From: Trypethelium eluteriae
Lineage: Eukaryota
NCBI GenBank assembly: GCA_051942245.1
Contig: JAVECL010000041.1
Coordinates: forward strand, 61,687 to 81,686
Direction: 5' to 3'
DNA length: 20,000 nt
How positions within the stretch are numbered: position 1 is the first letter of the stretch; each line of letters opens with the position of its first letter. Below are positions 1-10,818 of this stretch, piece by piece. Below the pieces are notes generated by a model. The model made no database searches. It had not been told where the DNA came from and saw only the letters and a list, made by a program, of their open reading frames with translations. The translations under genes and the position numbers were made by a program.

Positions 1-1981
1 GCCTCTGCACCACTCGAAGGCCCAAGACATCAAGTCCATCTTCGGTGAGCGTCCCTGTCTTATCAAAGCAGATAACATCCAGTCTGCCACCAACGTTAAT
101 TCTTTGAGGGCTGATACAGAAGATCTGGCGTTTCTTAAGACGTGACAGCGCGAAATTCATTCCGATGGTCAGTGTTGCAGGAAGTGCAGGTGGTACGACA
201 ATCGTGATCAGGTCCAGCGCTCTGACAATAATGAGATGTGGTGCCAGACCAAGGCGTATGAAGTTGATGAGGGATACGATGAAGCCAATTGCAGCAATGA
301 GAGCCATGACCGATATGTAACGAAATGAGTCGCGGTAGAACTTGAATCCAGAAGGCTTGGGAAACAGCATGGATCGAACGAGGGCACCTTTCGTGGTATT
401 AAATCCAGTCCTGACAACCATGGCCAATGCTGCCGCCTGGTCGTCCTTATCATCCTGTGGTCGCCTGGCTCTCACAATCTTGGTCCCGCTGAAAAGCATG
501 TGCTTTGCAACCTCAGGATGCATTGACGAGGCGCTTAGGTTAAGCAGGTCAAGAGCGTCATTCGTCGCAGGAATCTTAGTGACTGGTACAGATTCGCCAG
601 TGAGCATACTTTCATTCACGATGCAATCTCCCGACAGCAGGAGACTATCACACGGGAATTGGGTCAGAGATGGGTCGGTAATCTCGTAGACGTCACCTGG
701 AACAAGATCGCCAGAATCGACGTGTCGCCAAAACCCATTACGTTGCACTCTGACATCGCACTCGAATCTTGAGATTTCTCGCAATCTACGCATTGTGGCA
801 AGTGTTTCCATCAACGTTGTCGTGATGCTCACGACAGAGATAATGAAAATACAAGCCGCGTAGTAGTAGTATTGGTCAAGAGACCATAGAATCAGACTTG
901 CGATCTGGAAGACGTAAAACGGATGGAAGACTTCATCGACCAAGAGTTGCCCGACACTTTTCTGCTTAATATCGATCATGTTCTGGCCAAATACTCTCTG
1001 CCGCAGCTCCTTGTCATCATTTTCTAGACCTAGCCGGATCGTCTTGACGTCGGTCCAAGCGGGATCTTTCCATGCGTTTCCCAGGACAAACTTGTCTTTC
1101 AACGGGTGGAAACAAAAACGAATGTAGCGATAATCGATAGACCGAAGCTGGTTGAGCACCGGATCAAAGTCGGCATCGTAATCTTCGAATCCTGCCTTCT
1201 CTTGGATCCCGAATACTGTGGACAGCGAGTGTCCGTAATCTTGCTTCAAGAGCTGTTGTATCTCGAGCTCCCCCCACTGGTTCTCAATAGCCACCCAGTC
1301 GGCGTCTCGCAAAGGCCGTGAAGTCCCAAGGATTCGAATTCGCCAGCGAGGCAGCCATCGCAGTAATAGATACCCTAATCCCGCGGTCATCAGACAGATG
1401 ATAGTGTAAATGATCAAACCCAATATCGAGGTTTTGAAGCCAGCAACCACGATAGTCATATCTTCCGTCACGATATAAATCTTTTGACTTGCTCGCCCTT
1501 CTCTGCGGTACCCAGTCACATCCGTATCAGACGACGTGCGTCGCCGTAATAAAGGAGCTTGCACAGAAGACCTCGAATTCGCAGATGATTTGCGACGCAG
1601 TGATGGTGACTCCTCAGAATCCAACTCAGAATCGTGCTCGAGCGTCCCATCAAGCTCTTCAGTATCATCTTGTGCCTCGGTCACCGCCAACTCATCCAGC
1701 CATTCTTCAGACGACCCGTTGTCCTGCCCCTCCTCGTAGTACGTGAAGCTCGTGGTTGAACCTGCTCGGGGCCGTTGGTGCGCGAAGGATGAAACGCTCG
1801 TGGGTACGCTTTCCGAGACTGGTCCAGCAAAGACATCTTCGCTCGCCATCTCAACGTCAGTCAAGAAGCTGGCCTCGCTCCAGTTGGAGCCGCGGCGGTA
1901 GAAGCTTGAGCGTTGGCCATGCCGCGCAGAGCTCGCGATGGAGCTACTACGGCGGGCGCCAGAGGTGTTGTCTTCGTTCAT
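1..1981 (-). CDS. YPK9: P5B-type cation/polyamine-transporting P-type ATPase (YPK9/ATP13A2-like), 5' part; truncated by the left window edge
   Basis: Hand translation of the minus strand from ATG 1981 (in-frame TAA upstream at 2024-2026) is open to the edge, about 660 codons with no intron seen. It begins MNEDNTSGARRSSS and contains HPFYVFQIASLILWSLDQYYYY, NESMLTGESVPVTK (A-domain TGES), TIVVPPALPATL (P5B TM4 PPALP) and CFDKTGTLTEDG (phosphorylation site). The ORF track missed it because the stop lies outside the window. Confidence 0.95.
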   Translation of the reverse strand, partial: MNEDNTSGARRSSSIASSARHGQRSSFYRRGSNWSEASFLTDVEMASEDVFAGPVSESVPTSVSSFAHQRPRAGSTTSFTYYEEGQDNGSSEEWLDELAVTEAQDDTEELDGTLEHDSELDSEESPSLRRKSSANSRSSVQAPLLRRRTSSDTDVTGYRREGRASQKIYIVTEDMTIVVAGFKTSILGLIIYTIICLMTAGLGYLLLRWLPRWRIRILGTSRPLRDADWVAIENQWGELEIQQLLKQDYGHSLSTVFGIQEKAGFEDYDADFDPVLNQLRSIDYRYIRFCFHPLKDKFVLGNAWKDPAWTDVKTIRLGLENDDKELRQRVFGQNMIDIKQKSVGQLLVDEVFHPFYVFQIASLILWSLDQYYYYAACIFIISVVSITTTLMETLATMRRLREISRFECDVRVQRNGFWRHVDSGDLVPGDVYEITDPSLTQFPCDSLLLSGDCIVNESMLTGESVPVTKIPATNDALDLLNLSASSMHPEVAKHMLFSGTKIVRARRPQDDKDDQAAALAMVVRTGFNTTKGALVRSMLFPKPSGFKFYRDSFRYISVMALIAAIGFIVSLINFIRLGLAPHLIIVRALDLITIVVPPALPATLTIGMNFALSRLKKRQIFCISPQRINVGGRLDVICFDKTGTLTEDGLDVLGLRVVQR

Positions 1982-2031
1982 GTCGACAAAGCATTGAGGC
2001 GACTTGTCATGAAGGTAACATCGTTACGCAT
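1978..2031 (-). promoter_or_regulatory. Putative uORF (MRNDVTFMTSRLNALST*) whose TGA overlaps the ATPase start codon (ATGA)
   Basis: Minus-strand ATGs at 2031 and 2010 share a frame that ends at TGA 1980-1978. Further uATGs lie at 2021 (MLPS*) and 1994. The transcription start is unknown. Confidence 0.35.
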
Positions 2032-3041
2032 CTGTCCGTTCGCCCAAGGATGTGGGCTCTTGCGTTGCTGGTGGTGACTTTTCGGCTACAAGGATTCGCC
2101 GATATCAGGTAGCAGCTAGATAAGCACGGACCACCGCCGAACTATCCTTCCACGAAAGCTACCCTTTGCAGGTCATTCTCACTTAACTGAAGCCACGGTT
2201 CGTCTGTATGTAACTCAATGGTCTACCGTACGGGTATCGTACGCCACGTCACAGTCGGCCCAGATTTCAATGACTGTGTGGCTCCGCAAGTGTGGCCTAT
2301 CACGATCGGTGGAAAGTGAGCGAGAGTGCATATTTAAACAATGTCCAGGATGTTCTTCGATGAGATCAATACTTGAGATATCTGCCTTTACACGATTATA
2401 GCGTGCATTCGACAATGCTTTAGCTGTATAAGGAGTCGTAATTTCTACTCCAGTTGAAGGACATGAATGTACTCTGACTGAAAACCAAATTCTTTGGAGA
2501 CTTGAGGAGATTGAGCTGTCTGTCAATTTCATCTTCATCTTTTGATGACTAAAGCCTTCGGGTTCGTACCTAGGTATGACCCTGTCTGCATGCGCCACAG
2601 AGAAAGCGATTGCACTGCATGTATGCTTGAAGCTCATTTCCTGACGCCCGACTTTGTGAATGGCTACAGTCTTGTTGGTCGTGACTAACTTTTCTTTTGT
2701 GTCTTTAACTAAGCGCATCTGCAGCGATAGGTATTTTCGTCCCTCCGGATGTCCCGTCTTAGATGTGAGACAATTGGTGTACGGATTTAGCGGATGGATG
2801 CAAGCTTAGCCCGAAGTTGCTGCCGTGACGAGTCGTGCGAGTGGACAAGCTCTGATGCTTTGTCAATATTGCTTCCAGGCTTAGTGATGCCTCTTAGACA
2901 CCAGTTGCTTTGGCGCAACAGCCAGACAGAATGCGATTTAAGCTTGTGTCTTGGGCTTCATCCTCAGTTTAAGAGTACACTATAGACTAGATTCGTGAGA
3001 ATAATCAATCCGAGACTTATCGGCAGCACCTGAATCTCGAG

Positions 3042-3157
3042 TGACGTCCATCGTCTGTCACCAACGAGGCTTGGGGTACTTAGGAGGTGAAATAGCACCC
3101 CACCAACATCTTCCTCACTTCTCGAGCTTTCCTACTTACACCCCACTCTCCGCCAAT
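3042..3157. promoter_or_regulatory. Putative G6PD proximal promoter motifs: CRE-like TGACGTC, two CreA/Mig1-type CCCCAC sites, CCAAT
   Basis: TGACGTC 3042-3048, CCCCAC (reverse complement GTGGGG, matching SYGGRG) at 3098-3103 and 3141-3146, and CCAAT 3153-3157, followed by a CT-rich tract before ATG 3279. These motifs are short and could be chance matches. Confidence 0.3.
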
Positions 3158-3278
3158 TGCTCTCGGCTGGCCCGGATTTTTCAAGCTCGGTCTCCCGGAC
3201 CATCAGCTCCCTCTCTCTGTCTGTCATTGATCTTTGACTTTGACGAAACTCTCGTGTTCCCTACGCTTGCGAATAAAC

Positions 3279-5424
<2,146 letters not shown>

Positions 5425-5985
5425 GAAGGTGGAAGACGTAGTGTGCTGCTCTCCCCATCCTGAAAACCGCCCTGGATCTTTTTCATGATAATGCAATAGA
5501 CCAAATGCGGCGCTCTAGACGGTAGCCGCAGGGAGCTTATGGTTGTTATGCTGGCAAGGGAGTTTTGCCATACTCCTCGGATGTCTTATGACGAGCCTTT
5601 ATTTTACTGCACATAGAAGCACAGATTGTTGAAATCCGATCATCCGTGTCGATGTAAGGTGTCGTGATGCCGTGATCAGTGACAACGTAGCCCCTGTCTC
5701 CAACTCGTCTATTCGAGGCTCTGAAAGTAAGCTCAGTGGAACTCGATTGACTTAGACTGTCGTACTGTTTAATACTTTTCCATCTATTCCCTGACTATAA
5801 CGCCTGCTTCATCACGTAATCGTCATTCTATCGCTGGTATATCCATGCACACCACTCAATTGGATCCTTTCCGCATTAATTGCGTTTGTGTGGCTTGGCT
5901 GTTTGTTAGCCTATCAGTCGCCCGGTCCTCCGTAGAAGCAACACCGTTTCCCCCCTTCGCAAGCAAGCTTATACGGCGAAAGCAA

Positions 5986-6024
5986 ATGCCAGCTGGTCTA
6001 CCCAACACCAACGCACCATCATGA
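5986..6024 (+). promoter_or_regulatory. uORF1 upstream of the transporter, MPAGLPNTNAPS* (12 aa)
   Basis: ATG 5986 has a weak context (C at -3). Its TGA at 6022-6024 overlaps the ATG of uORF2 at 6021. Confidence 0.4.
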
Positions 6025-6119
6025 CTGCAACACGAGTTATGGCAAATGAACACCATACTCACCATGAAGTCCCTCGAACTTTTAAGAGGCGATCTCGCAA
6101 GCCTTGGTATCCTCCTTAG
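6021..6119 (+). promoter_or_regulatory. uORF2 upstream of the transporter, MTATRVMANEHHTHHEVPRTFKRRSRKPWYPP* (32 aa)
   Basis: ATG 6021 is in a strong context (CACCATCATGA, A at -3). TAG at 6117-6119 lies 103 nt before the main ATG at 6223. Confidence 0.5.
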
Positions 6120-6222
6120 TCCGCAGCTCCTCGATTTCCAGGCCACGCGACAGTAAATATTGCTCGAATTTCCCTTTAACCTGTGAAAAAAAGCCACTTT
6201 AGGCCGCTTTGGACTGAGAAGC

Positions 6223-8183
6223 ATGTCTCAGGAAGCATCATGGACAAGAAATTCTTCGATCAAAGGCTCTACGGAAGCAATACGAATGGCACTTCTGACA
6301 TTCAGTCTTATTGGTCTACAGTATGTGCAATCACCACAGCTGGAAGGAGCATTGGATTAATTCATCCCATAGGTTTACTTGGGGTACCGAGATGACCTAC
6401 TGCACGCCCTATCTTCTCTCTCTTGGCCTCTCGAAAAGCAAGACCTCGCTGGTATGGATAGCTGGTCCGATTTCTGGCTTGCTGGTGCAGCCTATCGTTG
6501 GAATATTGGCAGACAAGTCGAGGTCAAGATGGGGTCGGCGTAGGCCATTCATGGTGGGGGGTGCTGCAATTGTATGCGTTTGCCTTTTTATCCTGGGCTG
6601 GACGACGGAGATCATTGAATTCTTCGCACCTGATAGCAAGACGGTATGTACGCTAGGATGAACTAATACTGGCTCTTATTCTGACTAACAGCTCAGCAAA
6701 ACCAGTCGAGAATCATTCTACTTGCGGTTCTGAGCATCTATGGTGTTGATTTTGCTATCAATGCCGTTCAGGCGTCGTGTCGTAGTCTAATCGTTGATAC
6801 CCTCCCGATTGAAAAACAACAAACGGGATCTGCCTGGGGTGAGTTAGAAAATCGTGACTATAGAGCCTATCTGACTCGATGCAGCGACTCGTATGGCTGC
6901 TATAGGGCATGTAATTGGTTATATTCTTGGGTCCATTGATCTTCATCAGATCTTCGGAGACTTTCTTGGAAACACTCAGTTCAAGCAAGTCGTTGTCGTT
7001 GCAGCTTTAGGACTGGTACTTTCTGTTGGGGTGACCTCTTGGGCTGTGACGGAAAAGGTCCTGATATCTGACGGGTGAGCATGAACATCGACATATATAC
7101 AAGGGAAAGAAATTGACGCCTAGGCTAGGACTGATACCACTGACCACGATGGTCCATTCGCGATGTTTAGTCAGATTTTAAGAACTACTCTAAATCTGCC
7201 TGCCCGCATGCGCATCATCTGCTGGATCCAGTTCTGGTCTTGGATTGGTAGGCAGTAAAAGGCTCGGCACTTTATCTTCCCACTGCTAACTCTCGTGTTC
7301 AAGGCTGGTTTCCATTTCTCTTCTACAGTACTACATGGGTCGGGGAAATTTACCTACGACAAAACGCGAAAACCAGTGAAGGAAAAGTCTCCGACGATGC
7401 TCTGGCCGATATTGGTCGAGTCGGCAGTACTTCACTCGTGATCTTTTCTGTCATTATGCTACTTGGATCTCTTTTGATACCGCTCTTTGTCGAATGTCCA
7501 GACGATGATACCACGTTCACTTCAAGACTCCCGCCGAGCCCTAGCCAAATAACGGCCCCAACGAACAAACGAAAGCCTTCACTCCTGACGGCGTGGACTT
7601 GGTCAAATATCCTCTTTGCATTGACGTTGATGGCGACACCATTTGTAAGCACCATGCAATCTGCCTCGTTTATCGTTGCCATTTGTGGACTGTAAGTTGA
7701 GAACCTATGGCTGTTCAGATGAATAATAATTACTAAATAACTCGTAGGCCGTGGGCGTTAGCAATATGGGCACCATTCGCGTTCATGGGCGTGGAAATCA
7801 ATATGCTCAGTTCCGAGTCAATACCATATACTTCTGATCGCTCTCCCGAGCGCCCTTCTATAGCATTGGTGGATTCTCAGCTCGAGTCCATAGCGAAGCG
7901 GGAACATCTTCTTGGTGACGATCGCAAAGGGTTCGAGGAGACTGCAGGTGTCTACTTAGGAATCCTCAACCTGTTTACTACACTACCTCAGTTTGTCGGT
8001 ACCTTTGTTTCGATGATAGTCTTTCGAATACTCGAACCGGGGAAAGACCAAGAACTGGCTCACGCCATTCACATCCATCGTCCGTCCAGCGGCCCGAACG
8101 CGATCGCTGTTTGTATGTTTATTGGGGGAGTGTCGGCATTCATTGCGAGTCAATTGACTCGGAGATTGAACCGTATGAGATGA
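6223..8183 (+). CDS. MFS glycoside-pentoside-hexuronide-type transporter, SUT1/plant SUC/SLC45 family (general alpha-glucoside permease-like), 547 aa, 7 exons
   Basis: Exons 6223-6320, 6373-6643, 6697-6838, 6885-7074, 7129-7247, 7304-7691 and 7748-8183 total 1644 nt in frame. Family motifs: GLQFTWGTEMTYCTPYLLSLG, WIAGPISGLLVQPIVGILADKSRSRWGRRRPF, DFAINAVQASCRSLIVD, WIGWFPFLFYSTTWVGE, AGVYLGILNLFTTLPQ. Confidence 0.93.
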
Positions 8184-8636
8184 ATACCCTTGCTTCTCTC
8201 CGGTCCACAAGATTAAGAAAGAATGAGAGGACGTGAAGATCAGAGGGGAATCGAAGATCTGAATATTTCCGAGTTCACCACGTATGTGTAAATACATTTG
8301 AGCTTGTAACATTTACGAATGAGAATTTTATCCAGTTGGGTACCTATGAATCGGACCGGAAGTACCTCAACAGGTGACTGCTACTGCCGCCGTATCGGAT
8401 GAAAAAAATTTGTGACGTTGGCTCCTACCCAATCAAGCCCGCTCGAGCGTGGTGACCGCTGGCACAGTTTGCCGCTGGGGAGACGCCAAGTCACCTGATC
8501 CGGTCTGCCCGCGGCGCACTGGGGCTGGCGGGCCCCACGCTTTTCAACGCTCTCTATCAAAGAATCTTTGCTCACTTCACCTCAACGCACCCTCCTTCGC
8601 CCGTCACGCGTTCGTCCACCCTCTTCTCCCTCCACG

Positions 8637-10117
8637 ATGTCGGAGCCTATAAGAAACAAGAAGGCTGACCTTGCAACTGCACCGTGAGTCATCCCACTGC
8701 CTACAGTTTGCCACTAAGAGATGGAATGACTGACGCAAATTGTCCCTCGTTCAGCACTCCACAAAACACGCCCGCGAATAATGCACCTATCTCCTCTCGG
8801 GCGCAGCAACCAGGAGTCGCTAGTATTAAAGAAGGTCAGCAGCTTATCCTACAGTAGTCTCTGCCCTGATGGACCCTAACGTTGTGGGGATTTCTAGAGG
8901 AGCTTGATCGTGCTGCCGCAGCGTCCCTCTTCGCCCAAAACCCTAAACTTGTATCAATGATTCAAGGAAAGCTTGGTACATTGGTGGGCCGATCATCTGG
9001 ATACATCGAGTCATTGCCGGCTCCGGTCCGTCGTCGTGTTGCCGGCCTAAAGGGCGTTCAGAAAGACCATGCCAAACTTGAAGCCGAGTTTCAAGAAGAG
9101 ATTCTTCAGCTTGAGAAGCGATACTTTGCAAAGTTCACTCCCTTATATGAGAAACGGGCTCGTATTGTGAACGGTCAGGCGGAGCCCACGGAGGAAGAAG
9201 TCGAAGCTGGGGAGAAAAAGGAGGAGGAAGATGAGGAGGGCGATGAGGAAGAGGCAAAGGAACCCACAGAGCCCGTCGAGGCTACGGAGACATCGGATGT
9301 AGACGTGAAAGGCATCCCCGAGTTTTGGCTCTCAGCAATGAAGAATCAAATTTCTTTAGCGGAGCTGATTACTGACCGCGATGAAGCCGCTCTGAGGCAC
9401 TTGTCGGATATTCGGATGGAATACTTGGACAAACCGGGGTTCCGACTGATCTTCGAATTTGCAGAGAATGAATTTTTCACCAACAAGACTATCACCAAGA
9501 CCTACTTCTATCAAGAAGAGAATGGTTACGGTGGCGACTTCATCTACGATCACGCTGAAGGAGACACAATAAATTGGAACACTGGTAAAGATCTCACTGT
9601 CAAGATCGAGAGCAAAAAACAACGCAACAAAAGTACTTCGAACGCTCATCGTTTCTTGCATTGTTCAGCTAACATTTCATTGCAGACACAAAACAGACTC
9701 GAGTGATCAAGAAAAGCGTGCCAACTGAATCCTTTTTCAACTTCTTCTCGCCGCCAAAGCCACCTGGTGAGGAAGATGAAGGCGACGCCACTTCCGACAT
9801 AGAAGAGCGGCTTGAGTTGGATTACCAACTTGGAGAAGACATTAAGGAGAAGCTGATCCCTCGGGCTATCGACTGGTTTACTGGAGAGGCCTTGCAGTAC
9901 GAACAGCTCGAGGATGAAATGGAGGACGGAGAGTTTGAGGATGAAGATGACGAGGATGATGAAGATCTTAGCGAGGATCGCGATGAAGATGAAGAGGATG
10001 ATGACGACGTAAGTCTTTGACAAACGCGTTCCATGTTAATAGAGACCGGTGGCTAATATTTTGCAGGAGGATGGATCCAGACCAAAGCAAGAAGCTGCTG
10101 AATGCAAGCAAAGTTAA
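8637..10117 (+). CDS. NAP1: Nucleosome assembly protein 1, 411 aa, 5 exons
   Basis: Exons 8637-8683, 8755-8834, 8898-9632, 9686-10008 and 10067-10117 total 1236 nt. It begins [17 protein letters not shown] and contains [57 protein letters not shown] and an acidic tail. It ends ECKQS*. Confidence 0.97.
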
Positions 10118-10637
10118 TTGACGTGGACACCATTGCTCGCTCAGAAGCACTCTAGATATCGACTCATCGACGCCACACTACCCTAGTTCTTGGAACTCTC
10201 TTAACGGTGCACTCTGTTCCGACGTCTGTATATGCACTCGCTTCGCATGGTCTTCGGCCTCATTATAATTTCGGGCATCTGAATATGGCAGCATTCCATG
10301 AATCTCTTCGGCTCCTTTGCGGCGCTGACCACTCTCCAATCATACCTTATAATGGGTAGTTTTCCTCAAACAGATGGACGTGCTCAAGGGAATGGCGTAG
10401 GAGCTTGCAGGCGAGATTCATCAACGAGCAAATGGCTAGCTTCCATGTCGTAACTTTTACGGAGACCTATCATCATTCCAAATGTATTGTGGCGTTGCAT
10501 GTAACAGTTGAAACGGCATCAAATTTCTTGCAGCTAAAAGAGTGGAGACTCTGGCTTTCACTACGTATTACCTTGACCTATTTGCGTACCCACGTACCTG
10601 CCTGGGTACTAGTAAGGTATTAGGCACTGATTAGGAG

Positions 10638-10653
10638 GTGTGTGTGTGTGTGT
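10638..10653. repeat. (GT)8 microsatellite
   Basis: gtgtgtgtgtgtgtgt read directly, upstream of the phosphoglycerate dehydrogenase gene. Confidence 0.9.
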
Positions 10654-10736
10654 CATCCCACTTGCGGGATTGCGGGATCAGCGTGGGGTTGCGAATGCCC
10701 CTCCAAACTTTTTATGGACCCTGCAGTCCTCTTTGG

Positions 10737-10742
10737 TGACTC
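10737..10742 (+). promoter_or_regulatory. Putative Gcn4/CpcA (cross-pathway control) element TGACTC
   Basis: TGACTC lies about 80 nt upstream of the ATG of an amino-acid biosynthesis gene, which is a typical Gcn4/CpcA target class. Confidence 0.4.
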
Positions 10743-10818
10743 GAACACAGCAAGCCTACACCCCTAGTCATGATTTTCCAATGCCCTCGTTAGACACTCG
10801 AGCTCGTTTCTTGTAAAA

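Noticed and set aside
208..2112. Short ORFs of 67-118 aa over the ATPase region
   Set aside because: They are antisense or off-frame shadows of the P5B ATPase CDS with no recognisable motifs.
2543..2644. TGATGA...CTGA pair suggesting a box C/D snoRNA
   Set aside because: Box C lacks the leading purine, there is no terminal stem, and I could not match a guide to rRNA.
2215..2718. 167-aa minus-strand intergenic ORF (MRLVKDTKEK...)
   Set aside because: It has no recognisable domain or coding-like composition. I cannot exclude it without expression data, so it is not called.
5506..5570. Two 6-bp inverted repeats in the G6PD 3' region (TGCGGC/GCCGCA and TGGCAA/TTGCCA)
   Set aside because: The stems are short enough to occur by chance and there are no H/ACA or other ncRNA hallmarks.
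9646..10034. Antisense hydrophobic and poly-Ser ORFs over NAP1
   Set aside because: They are mirror images of the GAR/GAY-rich acidic tail codons.
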